Origin: Candidatus Izimoplasma sp. HR2
GTDB lineage: Bacteria; Bacillota_I; Bacilli_A; Izemoplasmatales; Izemoplasmataceae
Direction: 5' to 3'
Length of the DNA: 32,000 nucleotides
Assembly (NCBI GenBank): GCA_000753575.1
Contig: JRFF01000053.1
Location: 89,641 to 121,640 of the forward strand
Below are positions 1 to 10,422 of this stretch, in pieces. Position 1 is the stretch's first letter. Each line of letters opens with the position of its first letter. A program made the translations under genes and the position numbers. The notes beneath the pieces are model-generated. The model had not been told where the DNA came from. It was given only the letters and a program-made list of their open reading frames with translations, and did no database searches.

Positions 1-93
1 AGTAAGAGGTGCTGCGCTACCAAGTTCAATTAATAGTTTAGTTATTTCTTCGATAGTTAGACTTTGTTTTATAAAATCTTTATCTAAATACAT
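1..93 (-). CDS. hypothetical protein, N-terminal fragment (gene runs off left edge)
   Basis: ATG at 93..91 preceded by GGAGGAAG SD. Frame stays open to the window edge (MYLDKDFIKQSLTIEEITKLLIELGSAAPLT). Confidence 0.4.
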   Translation of the reverse strand, partial: MYLDKDFIKQSLTIEEITKLLIELGSAAPLT

Positions 94-112
94 TGGTAGC
101 TTCCTCCTTCCT

Positions 113-1672
113 TTAGAAGTCGTCTTCAGTATCTTCGCTGACATCAAAAGCTGTTAATTTAGGAATCTTAATTTTAAAGTTTTCAATAGGTTTCGACCGC
201 AGATCAGTAACTATTACATCTTGCATTTTACAAGTTCCTAAATCAGATTTAGCTCAAATTTTTATTCCCTTATACTTGCTACCTCTATTTTTATAAAGTG
301 TAGTAACCATATCAGGTCTAGGTATATTATATTGTTCAACAAATATATCAGCGAAATCCTCTTCTTCTTCATTTAATGGAAGGCATATGGCTCCAACGTC
401 GAGCTTGTCCCCCATCGATTTCGCGCCGCGGAGGGCATTTACAGTTTGTACTTTCCTGTCTTCTCAAGAGCCATTTAATTGACTTGCGGTTTGAATGAAA
501 ATATTTAATTCATAACTTAAATCTTTCAACATTACAGTAAATAAAAATAAGATTGTATCTTCTCTTAATTTCATTCCTGTTTTTGAACTTGATTCAAATA
601 ATAATTTTGGTGTAGAATGTATATAGTCAAAGAAGATATAATCAATTACTTTTTTCACTTTATTTTCATTATACATTGAATGTAATTTTCTTATAATAGC
701 TTCTATGTCATCTGAATCAAAATTAGAAATATAAGCAATTTCTAATGTACTTTCTTTTACTATTTTTGCTGCTTTTGCTAATAATTCATCTTCAAAATCA
801 TTAGTTTCACCATCTTTAATAATATCTTCATTTATTCCAGTAATCCATGCTAGTATCATCGTTTGAATTTCAGATAATTCCATTTCTGTAGTAATGAATC
901 CAACTCCAACAGTATTTTCATTTTTTATCCAAGATTGTGTTTTTGAATCGTAATATTCAGTTATAGCTAAATTACAAGCATCTCCAACTGCAAACCGTGT
1001 TTTACCCACTCCGCTTGCAGCGCTACGCATGTATAGTCTTCTCTTTCTTGCGCCACGAATTGCACTGTTATACATAAGACCTTGAAGAGCTAATCCTATA
1101 TCAGGACTTTCTTTAAGTTGCTTTAATAAATCTTCAATTCCAATATCAGCACTATTAATTTCATATGTACTATTAATTTCAAATTCAACTTTTATTTCTG
1201 ATACTATTTTGTCAAGTCTTCCTGTTAAATCCGCTAATGTTAATGAATCAAATTCTTTTTGTCTATTTTTATTATGAGCAAGTCCGTCTACTCCTAAGAA
1301 TAGTTCCGTATTTGCCATTCCTCTTAAAGTAAGATAATTTATAAAAGAATATTTTTTAATTCTTTCATAGTAATAATTAAAGTTATCTTCTTCTGCTAAT
1401 TTAATAGCACTATTTATATAAGGAACTCCATCTTGATTATTGAATATTTCATATTGTTCTTTATATGATGATAAAAAGTTATCTATTGCAATTCCATCTA
1501 CTGTTCCAAATCTTCCCATAATATGAAGATTATTTATTGCGCCAAATAGGATTCTATAGAATCTTTCACCGAAGTCTTCTTCTCTAAGAGAATATTTTTT
1601 TTCGTTTAGAAGCTTTGGATTTTTTGCTAAACTCCCTAAGACTTGTAATATTGCTCTTTTATCTATTAACAC
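113..1672 (-). CDS. dnaB: DnaB-like replicative DNA helicase (519 aa with TGA=Trp)
   Basis: Track ORF 464..1672 ends at TGA (464-466). Reading on gives ..QLNGSWEDRKVQTVNALRGAKSMGDKLDVGA.. with a second TGA at 254-256 and TAA at 113-115. Walker A is AASGVGKT. GTG start has AGGAGG 7 nt upstream. Confidence 0.8.
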
Positions 1673-2034
1673 TATAAGCCTCCTATATCAATTAATTTTT
1701 TATTTTTCTCAATGCATTTTTTTGTAGATATTTTAACTTCTACAATTTCAAAATTTAATTCTTTAGATTCTCAAATGTCCATTTTTTTCTTATAAAATTC
1801 TTTAGCTCTTTCATAAAAATAAGGTACAATACCAATTCCTCCATTGGCTTTTTGTTTATCCATTTTTTCTATTCTATAAATATAATCTAATGTTAATTCA
1901 ATCCCTTTATAAGTATATTTATATTCTTCCATAATTTCATTTATTTGTTTTCTTACTCTTGGAACTACATACTCATATCCAAATAGTTCGCACATGAACA
2001 AGTAAAGGCTGTCTCTATCTGAAACCAATTCCAT
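1672..2034 (-). CDS. hypothetical replication-module protein (possibly longer, see frameshift finding)
   Basis: ORF 1771..2034 reads through TGA at 1771-1773 to TAG at 1672-1674. Its stop overlaps the helicase GTG start (TAGTG). Confidence 0.6.
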
Positions 2035-2185
2035 TTTTGCTTTTTCTGTCCCCTCATAACATTCTTTATGGAAGTATCTTTTCTTTTTTTCATCGTAAAT
2101 GTGAGCCGTTTCACTGCGTCTAAAAAATTCTCCACAGCTAGGGACATTTAACTGGTCTGTCAGACATTCTATACCTCCTTAATGT

Positions 2186-2216
2186 AAAATAAGAGGTATT
2201 ATTTAAAACACCTCTT
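2186..2216 (-). terminator. rho-independent terminator after the AAA_24 ATPase gene
   Basis: Minus-strand stem aagaggt/acctctt followed by ATTTTAC. Confidence 0.5.
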
Positions 2217-2222
2217 TTATGC

Positions 2223-3194
2223 TTATAATTTATTAACCGCTTCATTAATTAAACGAACAAGATCAACTTGCTTTTGAGTACAATTTCTAATATTTCTTTC
2301 TGGTCCTAGAATGTCAAGAATTATATCTGAAATTCCTATTTGATAGTCTTTATCTTTTTCCATTAACTTATCAGCCATTTCATAGAATTTTTCAAGTTCA
2401 TCTTCTATTAAAAATTCTTCTTCTTCTACAATATAATGATTTTCTCGTTCTGTCGCTAAAGTAGCGCCATTCGCTTCAAGCTTATCAATGGCATTCCCAA
2501 TATCTTGAACAAGATTTTTATAAGAAAATTCTATAAAATCTGAAGTATAAGCAAATCTTGAACCAGCTTCATACCGAGAAGTTCCTCTCATAAATAAGTA
2601 TGTTTTTTCTTCTCCTGATTCAGGATCTTTAGCGATTCTAGTATATCCTATAATATCACTCATCCTATTTATAACTTTTCTTCCTCTTTTTTCAAGAGTA
2701 GGAATAATTTTATTATATTCTTCTCCATTTTCATCTTCCATTGTTTTATCTTGAGAGTGTGAAATAAATATTAATCCATATCCCAATTGAACAATTTTTC
2801 TCATTGCTTTATCAAATTCTTTTTCAACCATACCGTATCCTTGACCGTAAGGAATTTCTTTATATTCTGTAACTCCTTCTTTATTGAAAATAAATTGTTC
2901 TGCATATAAATAAGCCAAATCTGCTGTATCAACTATTATATATTCATATTTTTCTTTCGCTGCTTTTGTCTCTAGCTGCATTAAAATTTCTTTAAATTCC
3001 ATCCATTTATTTATAGGTTGCGCTATAACTCCAGGCAAAGCATTGAATCCTTTCTCAAATGCAAGAATAAGGGAATTAGAAAATTGAGAAGCGATTGTTG
3101 TTTTCCCAGTTTTTGGAGATCCATAAAAGAACAGAATATATCCAGCTAAGTCTCTAGAGATTTCATGTGGCATTATATTTAAAATATCTATCAT
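2223..3194 (-). CDS. AAA_24 / Sak4-like RecA-fold ATPase
   Basis: P-loop GSPKTGKTT near the N-terminus. Size and position before an SSB-like gene are typical of phage AAA_24 ATPases. SD AAGGAGG. TAA stop. Confidence 0.7.
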   Translation of the reverse strand: MIDILNIMPHEISRDLAGYILFFYGSPKTGKTTIASQFSNSLILAFEKGFNALPGVIAQPINKWMEFKEILMQLETKAAKEKYEYIIVDTADLAYLYAEQFIFNKEGVTEYKEIPYGQGYGMVEKEFDKAMRKIVQLGYGLIFISHSQDKTMEDENGEEYNKIIPTLEKRGRKVINRMSDIIGYTRIAKDPESGEEKTYLFMRGTSRYEAGSRFAYTSDFIEFSYKNLVQDIGNAIDKLEANGATLATERENHYIVEEEEFLIEDELEKFYEMADKLMEKDKDYQIGISDIILDILGPERNIRNCTQKQVDLVRLINEAVNKL

Positions 3195-3229
3195 ATATTA
3201 TCCTCCTTAGATAAGATAGTTCCCATTAA

Positions 3230-4120
3230 TTAAAATGGGAATCCGTCTTTATTTCCAGTTTTAGTTTCAGTTTCTTTATTTGGAGTAGGAGCAGAGTTAG
3301 GAGCACTATTTTTTGAATTCATTTTAGCTACTTTCTTTGCTTTTTCTCCTTCAAGGAAAATATTTCTATTTTGCATAATTTTTTGAATAGCTTCTTGACT
3401 ATAATCATTTTCATCATAAGGTTGTGTTCCCGCTGTAATGATAAAATCTTTTGTAACTTTATCAAAAATTTTTACGATATCATCACCAAAAGCTGATTCT
3501 GTAACTTTTTTAATTTTTTCAGTTGTATAAATAATATCTCCATTAACTTTTACTGTTTTACCTGAAGCATAGTAAGTTTTTATATAAGCAATAGCTTTTT
3601 CTTTTGCAACAACAAATTTTACAGGAAGTGCTGTTTCTGCATAATTAACTCCTACAATTTCAACAACTAATCTATCAGTTTCTTGATCATTTTTAATTTC
3701 ATCATAAACTTTTCTTACAATTCCTTCAAATTCAAATTTAGCTTCTTCTATATAGTTTTTTGTAGATTTTTTACAAAAGTTGCATTTTAATTCTGAATAA
3801 GAAATAAGTTCTAGGTCATCCGTATAAAAATCTCTACCTGAAATTGCTCCGCCAGTCATATTAACTTTAACTCCTTCTCCATCTGTAGCTACTGATGGGA
3901 AAAGCATAAGTTTCTTTAAAGAGATAAAAATTTTATTTAAACCGCCATCTTTTTTAATTTCTTTTGAAAAGAAGTTAACAGGAATATCAGAGTCGCCTAC
4001 ACGAACTACCAAAGTTCCAGAGATGAATGTTCCTAATTTTTCATTTTGTGCTTGTTCTAAATTGTTTTCTAATAAAATACCTTGAACATTTATTTTATTT
4101 AAAGATTCTTTTATAGCCAT
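3230..4120 (-). CDS. putative ssDNA-binding protein
   Basis: 296 aa with a low-complexity tail ending KDGFPF, which resembles the SSB C-terminal D-D-I-P-F tip. Lies in the replication module. Confidence 0.45.
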   Translation of the reverse strand: MAIKESLNKINVQGILLENNLEQAQNEKLGTFISGTLVVRVGDSDIPVNFFSKEIKKDGGLNKIFISLKKLMLFPSVATDGEGVKVNMTGGAISGRDFYTDDLELISYSELKCNFCKKSTKNYIEEAKFEFEGIVRKVYDEIKNDQETDRLVVEIVGVNYAETALPVKFVVAKEKAIAYIKTYYASGKTVKVNGDIIYTTEKIKKVTESAFGDDIVKIFDKVTKDFIITAGTQPYDENDYSQEAIQKIMQNRNIFLEGEKAKKVAKMNSKNSAPNSAPTPNKETETKTGNKDGFPF

Positions 4121-4485
4121 TATTTTTCCTCCTGATTTTTAATTTCTAGTTTTTTTCCATCTTCTGTTATTTGGTATTTATTTCCGTCATTAGAGGAAAT
4201 TTTTATTACCAATCCATCTCCAATCAATTTTCTCATTGAACCAGCAACGGATTTACTTGTGTATCCTATCTGTGCTGCTATTTCTCTCGCGGATAAAGGA
4301 TATTCTGAATTTAACTTTAAAAAATCTAATATCAATGCACCATTTTCTGTTAAAGTAATAGTATCATTTTCTTTTTCAAATTTTTCAATTACTTTTTTTA
4401 CATATACAATATTATCATCAATTTCAAATTCAAATTTTTCCATTATTTTTTTCAACGCTTTTATTAATTTTCTGTCTATTTTCAA
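4120..4485 (-). CDS. winged-helix DNA-binding protein (start uncertain)
   Basis: LSAREIAAQIGYTSKSVAGSMRKLIGDGLV is wHTH-like. The promoter -10 at 4521-4526 makes the track start at 4509 unlikely. TTG at 4485 follows AAGGGTGA. Confidence 0.5.
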   Translation of the reverse strand: MKIDRKLIKALKKIMEKFEFEIDDNIVYVKKVIEKFEKENDTITLTENGALILDFLKLNSEYPLSAREIAAQIGYTSKSVAGSMRKLIGDGLVIKISSNDGNKYQITEDGKKLEIKNQEEK

Positions 4486-4520
4486 TATTTCACCCTTTCT
4501 TTTTTTCAACGTCTACCTAT

Positions 4521-4549
4521 ATTATATCATTTTTTTTAAGATAGGTCAA
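4521..4549 (-). promoter_or_regulatory. sigma70-type promoter
   Basis: TTGACC-17 nt-TATAAT on the minus strand, just after the DHFR stop. Confidence 0.6.
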
Positions 4550-4552
4550 ATA

Positions 4553-5065
4553 TTATTGCTCTTTTCTGCGAACAAGGGTTAAAAAAGATAAGCTGAAATC
4601 ATCTTTTCTTTCCTGGACATACTGGTTTTGCAGTATGAAATCATTATTATCAATTATTGGAAAAAAAATATCTGCTTTTTCAAAAGTTGTATTAAAGATA
4701 GTTAATTCAATTACATCCGCATATTGATAAAATTGTTTATATACACTTGCTCCACCAATAATGTAAACATCTTCAAATTTACTCATTGTTAATACAAAAT
4801 TTATATCATCTGTTATTGTATCAAAATCTGTAAGTCCTTCAACTTCTTTTCTATTGCTTCTAGTTAATATTACATTATGTCTACCACTTAATCTATGAGA
4901 ACCATTTTTCATTGGTAAACTATACCAAGTTGTATCTCCCATAACTATTGAATGATCCATTGTTAATTTTTTAAAGTGCTTCATATCTTCTGGTATATTA
5001 GCTAAAAGTTCTCCTTGATATCCGAGTCCATTATTTAAATCAACGGCTGCTATTAAAATAATCAT
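4553..5065 (-). CDS. folA: dihydrofolate reductase
   Basis: [35 protein letters not shown].. is a typical DHFR N-terminus. Its ATG overlaps the thyA TAA stop. Confidence 0.85.
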   Translation of the reverse strand: MIILIAAVDLNNGLGYQGELLANIPEDMKHFKKLTMDHSIVMGDTTWYSLPMKNGSHRLSGRHNVILTRSNRKEVEGLTDFDTITDDINFVLTMSKFEDVYIIGGASVYKQFYQYADVIELTIFNTTFEKADIFFPIIDNNDFILQNQYVQERKDDFSLSFLTLVRRKEQ

Positions 5066-5928
5066 TATATAGCCACCTCAAATTTAGGCAATCTGCACAT
5101 TGGGTCATAGTCTATCATTTCAAAATCATCAATAGTAAAATCATAAAAATTATCTGATTTAGGGTTAAATACTAACCTAGCAGTAAGATCTTTTATTGTC
5201 CCATCTGCAATTTCTTTCTCTAAAGATAGGAATCTCATCAATATTGTTTTTGCCGCATCAACATGCCTATCATAGATATGTAAATTATCTACGACATGCA
5301 CAAATTTTCCTGGTTGTAGCCCAACAGCTTTAGCTATCATCATCATGAGTGCAACATACTGGACCTTGTTGATATGTCCGGCTACCATATAGTCGTTAGA
5401 ACGTTGTGTTAATTTCATATCTAGGTATCCATCATCTCGCACCATTCAAGTTGTAGAATAAGCGCAAGGAAAAAGTCCTTTTGTTTCTTCTAAATCAGCA
5501 TATTGATACATGTTCATTATATGTCTACGTCCCATTGGTGATTCTTTTAAATTTTTTATTAATTTATCAATTAATCCATATTTTTTAATTGTTGCTCCAT
5601 ATCGTTGCCCTATTGTACCATTTCCTATATCTCAATCATCCCACCAACGAATCCCATATTTATTTCTCAATAATGCTAAATCATTTGATTGATCTTGATA
5701 TATCCATAAAATTTCTTTTATACCATTCTTCCAAGGAATCGGTCTTAATCTAGTTATTGGGAATTCATTTTTAGAAATATCATATTCTTCAACAATAAAA
5801 GTTGTATAAATAGTATGAGCAGGACTACCATCATGTCAAACAGGTCTAACTTCAAATTTTTCAGTTGTATAACCTTTATTCAACAAAATCATAATGTTAT
5901 GAGCAAATATTCTTTCTTGCATTAACAT
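5065..5928 (-). CDS. thyA: thymidylate synthase ThyA (287 aa with TGA=Trp)
   Basis: C-terminal track ORF 5065..5445 continues upstream through TGA at 5446-5448, 5632-5634 and 5836-5838. Motifs include [22 protein letters not shown] and [12 protein letters not shown] at 5928 with AAGGAG upstream. Confidence 0.9.
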
Positions 5929-5950
5929 AAAATTTTACTCCTTTACATAT

Positions 5951-5984
5951 ACAAAGAAAGAAGATTGTTTTAAAATCTTCTTTC
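5951..5984 (-). terminator. rho-independent terminator after the 85-aa wHTH gene
   Basis: 12-bp stem agaaagaagatt/aatcttctttct followed by TTTGT on the minus strand. Confidence 0.6.
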
Positions 5985-5999
5985 TACTGGTATTACTGA

Positions 6000-6257
6000 T
6001 TATTCTAATGCTGCAACGTCAACTGCTAATCCTTCATCATTAAGTTTTAAGAACTTAATAGTTTTATCAGCACCATCAATTTTAACAGTTGCTTCTACTC
6101 TATAACCCCAACCTTTTTTAACGAAAGAATTGAAAGATCCAATTACTTGTCTAGGTCCTAATTCTAAAGCTTCTGCTACTTCGTTATGAGTCATATCTTC
6201 TGACGCATTTTCTTGTAAGAACGAAAGTATTCTTTTGGTATTTTCCTTCATAGCCAT
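6000..6257 (-). CDS. small winged-helix DNA-binding protein
   Basis: 85 aa, MTHNEVAEALELGPRQVIGSFNSFVKKGW. Paralogous to the 4120..4485 protein. Two tandem promoters lie upstream and a strong hairpin downstream. Confidence 0.5.
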   Translation of the reverse strand: MAMKENTKRILSFLQENASEDMTHNEVAEALELGPRQVIGSFNSFVKKGWGYRVEATVKIDGADKTIKFLKLNDEGLAVDVAALE

Positions 6258-6326
6258 GTTATTTCTCCTTAATTTTGTTGTTTAATAACCTATTCTATTT
6301 TTGGTTATTTTTTAAATCCTAACTCT

Positions 6327-6355
6327 ATTATACATTATTTTTCTAGAAAGGACAA
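6327..6355 (-). promoter_or_regulatory. sigma70-type promoter (proximal) for the 85-aa wHTH gene
   Basis: TTGTCC-17 nt-TATAAT on the minus strand. Confidence 0.55.
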
Positions 6356-6415
6356 TTAATGAAGCTAATAATTTTTATATCTATAATTTCTTCTTTTATT
6401 AACCTTTCTATATAT

Positions 6416-6444
6416 ATTATAACATTTTTTTCCAGAAACTACAA
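6416..6444 (-). promoter_or_regulatory. sigma70-type promoter (distal) with ATATATAGAA extension
   Basis: TTGTAG-17 nt-TATAAT-ATATATAGAAAG on the minus strand. Confidence 0.55.
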
Positions 6445-6468
6445 TATTTGTAGTTAAATATTTTCAAC

Positions 6469-7374
6469 TTAATCTATATACTTTCATTTATACCCATAGG
6501 CAGTTTTTCTTTTACCTTTGCAAACTTGACTTATATGAGAACTTTTATTTATATTGCCTAATTTTCTAGCTGCATCACTGATGCTATCATAAAATTCTAA
6601 TATTTTTAATGTATTTTTATCTAACTTAACAACTCTTTTAGGTTTACTAATATTAGTATCAATACCATTTTTATTTAATATATCTCTTATAGTTTTTTCA
6701 CAACATTCAAAATATTTGGCAGTTTTATTTACAAATTTTAATTCTTTATATTTTACAATAATTTCTTTTTCAGTATATTTAAGACGGTAATCTGTTTTGA
6801 TATTGCTTCTTTTTAATACTTCTCTTATAGTATCTTTGCAACAATCAAAATACTCTGCTGTTTTTTTAAGATATTTTAATTCTGCATATTTTTCAATAAC
6901 TTCTTCATCAGAATAATTAAAATAATGAGCATGTTTTATCCTAATGCTATTTCTTTTTAATATAGAACATATTGTATTCCTACAACAATTAAAGTATTCA
7001 GCAGTTTTATGAATATATTCTAATTCTTTATATTTTTCAATAACTTCTTTGTCAGAGTATGAAAAAGTTTTTACTCCTTCTCCACCTAAAGTAGCATTAT
7101 ATCCATTGTGATAACTATTATATTTAGCAATAAACTCAATTTCCATTTCTTCTAATAGTCCTTCTTCATACTTTCCAATTTCTTCAACTATAAAATTTTC
7201 AATTCCATATTTATTTATTGCTAAATATAAAGGCTGTGTTTTACATTTATTTCTTTTTGAACTATTAATATGCTGTTTAAACCTATTTTCAATGGTGTGA
7301 TAAGTTTTGCCGATATAAACTTTACTATTTATTTTATTGGCAATCTTATAGATATATCCTACTTTTTTCTCCAT
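6469..7374 (-). CDS. free-standing GIY-YIG homing endonuclease
   Basis: GYIYKI..VYIGKT..ENRFKQH..YNATLGGEG motifs. Three C-terminal ~47-aa repeats. The track ORF ends at TGA 6484-6486 and the true TAA is at 6469-6471. Confidence 0.8.
6640..7065 (-). repeat. 3 x ~47-aa tandem repeat inside the GIY-YIG nuclease (putative DNA-binding modules)
   Basis: YSDKEVIEKYKELEYIHKTAEYFNCCRNTICSILKRN / YSDEEVIEKYAELKYLKKTAEYFDCCKDTIREVLKRS / YTEKEIIVKYKELKFVNKTAKYFECCEKTIRDILNKN. Confidence 0.7.
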
Positions 7375-7385
7375 AATAAAATCTC

Positions 7386-8531
7386 CTAATTATCAAAAAT
7401 TTTTGAAAGCAAACAATCTTTAGAATCTATATCTTGGCTATCTAATCGAAATCCATAACAACATCCAGCTTTACTATTTATATAAGGATGCCTTAAAGAA
7501 TATTTACCTTCTTTTACTCCTGTTTCCATTGCACCAATTACAAGCGGTTTTCCTATAAATTTATTAGAATCTTCCTTAATTTCTTTCAAAAGTGCTTCAG
7601 TCAATCCTGAAGATACTGTTCCAATAGATATTAATTCACCATTTTCGTTGTAAGCGCCAATCTCGATGCTGCCTATCCAATCCATATGTGCTGCTTTTGT
7701 AATTGCATCCCCATTATCATCAAAGTAATTTCAAGCTTCTAGCTCTTTGCCTTCATAATAATAAGTTGGCTTACAAAATCTTAAACAAATTACATCCATA
7801 TCAGCAAGTTCTTTCTTAAATTTAATCGTGTTTCAAGCGGGTCTCTTATTTGGAACTATAAACCCAAGTTTACTTTTTAATACAATTCCTTCTTCTTCCG
7901 CAGCAAACGTATCTGAAAGTAATTGTCCTAAGTCTTTTGTATAAGTTTCTGCAAATTCAACAAACATTTTTTCTTCGTTTGTAGCTTGTTTTTCAAAATT
8001 TTCTTTTATTCCATTTAATAGAACTATTCTTTCTTCAGTTTTTATATTTAATTGCATTTCTTGCGCATAGATTGCGATGTCATGCACATAAAAATATAAT
8101 TTAGAATTAGAATCATTCTCTTGCCGAGCAACTGCTTTTAATGGCAAACAACCCATAATTTTAGTAACTTCATTAGAACCGCCTTTTCTTGAACATATTT
8201 CTCCTATCAAAACAGTTTCAACTGGTAAATACTTATTTAATATTTTTTTTATATGAGGAACATTCCCTAATTTTTCCGATAATAATCCAGTTTTTTTTGA
8301 TACACTCTTACTAAAAAGATAAGAATTGTTCTCATGTTTTTCATAGGAGTAATAATAACCATCCTTTTTAATCTGTGCAACGTATTTTTCATTTAAAAGT
8401 ATCTCATTTTTTGTATGTTTCTTATTCTTTAAGCTTCAAATTTTCATTGGCATAATCATGCATGCTTCTGGATACAATTTGTCTATTTGTTCTCTTGTAA
8501 AATCATTTATTTTAACTCCTTGTAACTCCAT
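7386..8531 (-). CDS. lig: ATP-dependent DNA ligase (381 aa with TGA=Trp)
   Basis: Joins track ORFs 7386..7685 and 7833..8210 plus the N-terminus through TGA at 7731-7733, 7833-7835 and 8436-8438. Motif I is AQIKKDGYY (KxDG), motif III is LIGEI, then EGIVLK and SLRHPY. ATG at 8531 after AGGAGG. Confidence 0.85.
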
Positions 8532-8550
8532 AATGCCTCCTAATTATTTT

Positions 8551-9360
8551 TTATATTTCTCCTCTTTTCTTCTTGCAATAATCACATTGACATACTTCTT
8601 CTTGAATTTCTTCTGTCTCTTTTTCAGTTTCTTTAACTTCTTCTTGAACTTTTTCTGTCTCTTTTTCAGATTCTTTAGATACTTCTTCTTTAACTTCTTC
8701 AGACTCTTTGGGTTCTTCATTTTTTTCTTCTTCCTTTGCCATTGCTTTAATAGCATCTATAATTTCTTTTGGTACTTTAGCTTTTTCTTTCTTTGCTTCT
8801 TTATCCATTTCTTCTAAATCATAAATAAAATCACAAATTCCTACTGATAACGCTTCTTTAGGATCCATGTATAATTGTAGGTCTTCTCTATATATTCTAT
8901 TTATAATTTCATTAGAAAGATTACATTCTTTTTGAGTAATTTCTATTAACTGTAAATACATACGATTATATTCTTCGTTAAAATTATGCACTTCATAAGG
9001 AGTACCTACTACTCCCCATTTTGGTGAATGGAATAAGAATGTTGTATAAGGATAAACTACTCTATATCTACCACCTAAATAAATTAACAATGCAGCACTA
9101 CCTACCATACCACTCCCTATAGTTATTACTGGAGTTACACTATTTTTTATAGTTGAGTACAATGCCATTCCATCATAAATACTTCCACCACCTGAATTAA
9201 TATGTAAACTTATAGGTTGTGGTTTAAAAGTACGAGGTCCATTCCTTAACATCTCTTCATCATATCTATTAAGGATATTAATTCTTTCAATTATTTTAAA
9301 TGCAATTTCTTTATTAACATCTCCGAATAGATATATATCTCTTTCAAAGTTAAATTCCAT
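8551..9360 (-). CDS. ClpP-family serine peptidase with E/K-rich repeat tail
   Basis: INSGGGSIYDGMALY, GSGMVGSAALLIYLGG and FLFHSP match the ClpP core. C-terminal KETEKETEEIQEEV repeats end in CQCDYC. Confidence 0.7.
   Translation of the reverse strand: MEFNFERDIYLFGDVNKEIAFKIIERINILNRYDEEMLRNGPRTFKPQPISLHINSGGGSIYDGMALYSTIKNSVTPVITIGSGMVGSAALLIYLGGRYRVVYPYTTFLFHSPKWGVVGTPYEVHNFNEEYNRMYLQLIEITQKECNLSNEIINRIYREDLQLYMDPKEALSVGICDFIYDLEEMDKEAKKEKAKVPKEIIDAIKAMAKEEEKNEEPKESEEVKEEVSKESEKETEKVQEEVKETEKETEEIQEEVCQCDYCKKKRGEI
8594..8700 (-). repeat. 42-nt (14-aa) tandem repeat in the ClpP-like tail
   Basis: The unit acttcttcttgaaNttcttctgtctctttttcagNttcttta starts at 8594 and 8636, with a partial third copy. 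Confidence 0.7.
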
Positions 9361-9414
9361 AATTATCTCCTTTTCTTTATTTAAATAAAATTAATTTATT
9401 CATTTACTATATTC

Positions 9415-9443
9415 ATTATACCAAAATACAAAGAAAAACACAA
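9415..9443 (-). promoter_or_regulatory. extended -10 promoter upstream of the ClpP-like gene
   Basis: TTGTGT-17 nt (ending TGG)-TATAAT on the minus strand. Confidence 0.5.
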
Positions 9444-9477
9444 GGAAATTAGCTTAATTCTATTAAATTCCTTGTGT
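9431..9477 (-). terminator. rho-independent terminator after CDS 9508..9921
   Basis: 10-bp stem acacaaggaa/ttccttgtgt followed by TTTTTCTT on the minus strand. Overlaps the -35 of the next promoter. Confidence 0.6.
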
Positions 9478-9507
9478 TTTATATAAAATTTATAGTATTA
9501 AATATTT

Positions 9508-9921
9508 TTAAGTTGTTAATGTTCCACTTAACAATCATTCATCAGTACCTATTTTTTTTAAGCATGCTGTTGAATATTGTCCATCTAATACTTTATTACT
9601 ACCTTTTGAATTAATAGTTACTCCTGAACCTTCTACTAACGTAACTGTACCAGCCCCATATTGAGTAATATCTATTTTATCTCCTATTGTGAAAGCAACA
9701 CTTGAATTAGGTGGTACTGTTACATCTATTGCTGTCCCATTTGTGCAATTTAAAAATCTATCAACATCAGTTAATGCTAAATTTCTACCTGTGGAAACCT
9801 CGATTATTGTATCTATTGCTTCTAATATTGTTATATCATCATATACTTCTGTGAAATTTTCATTCAATTTTGTTCTAACTGATAATCCTTTCTCATTATT
9901 ATTTATTACTTGCTTTGCCAT
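9508..9921 (-). CDS. hypothetical protein
   Basis: The track ORF ends at TGA 9535-9537 and TAA is at 9508-9510. SD AGGAGG. Confidence 0.6.
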
Positions 9922-9931
9922 TTATTTCCTC

Positions 9932-10063
9932 CTAATCTATCCAGCTAGATAAGTCATTCCATACTCCGTTATCAATTCAATAACTTGTTGCTAATATTCA
10001 AGCAGACAGAATAATCTGAATTCCTAATGGAAATCCTGATTTTCTAATTCCTATATTAAACAT
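9932..10063 (-). CDS. small hydrophobic protein (43 aa), visible only with TGA=Trp
   Basis: MFNIGIRKSGFPLGIQIILSAWILATSYWIDNGVWNDLSSWID. TGA at 9998-10000 and 9977-9979. SD GGAGGAAG. TAG stop. Confidence 0.5.
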
Positions 10064-10072
10064 TTCTTCCTC

Positions 10073-10345
10073 CTAACCAATCAACCATACTTCACCAGCT
10101 ATAGCAGTGACATTATAAATATACATTGGATAATTTCCTGGTTGTAACACTTTTGAAGTGAATGTAGTAATTTTAGTTCCATCACCTTTACGCCAAGAAG
10201 TAGAAAATGTTACCGTAGCTTCTGCCATTATAATCATTAATCCATATTTATGACCTGAAATTCCTGATCTATTTAATGGATCTACATCTGCAGAATTTAA
10301 ATAAGTTATATCTAATCCATATCCTGTTAATAATTCAAAATTCAT
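10073..10345 (-). CDS. hypothetical protein
   Basis: 90-aa ORF with TAG stop and its own promoter at 10385..10413. Confidence 0.55.
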   Translation of the reverse strand: MNFELLTGYGLDITYLNSADVDPLNRSGISGHKYGLMIIMAEATVTFSTSWRKGDGTKITTFTSKVLQPGNYPMYIYNVTAIAGEVWLIG

Positions 10346-10384
10346 ATATTTTTCCTTTCTTAAATAGTTTCCAATCCTATTCTA

Positions 10385-10413
10385 AGTATACCAAATTTAT
10401 ACAATAAACGCAA
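10385..10413 (-). promoter_or_regulatory. sigma70-type promoter
   Basis: TTGCGT-17 nt (ending TGG)-TATACT on the minus strand, upstream of CDS 10073..10345. Confidence 0.5.
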
Positions 10414-10422
10414 GAAGACTAG

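Noticed and set aside
1965-2147. Alternative-frame 60-aa ORF upstream of the helicase operon
   Set aside because: It overlaps the better-supported frame and has no SD. The zinc-ribbon-like frame is more plausible.
8544-8756. K-rich 70-aa ORF in another frame of the ClpP tail
   Set aside because: It is a frame artefact of the E/K-coding tandem repeat.
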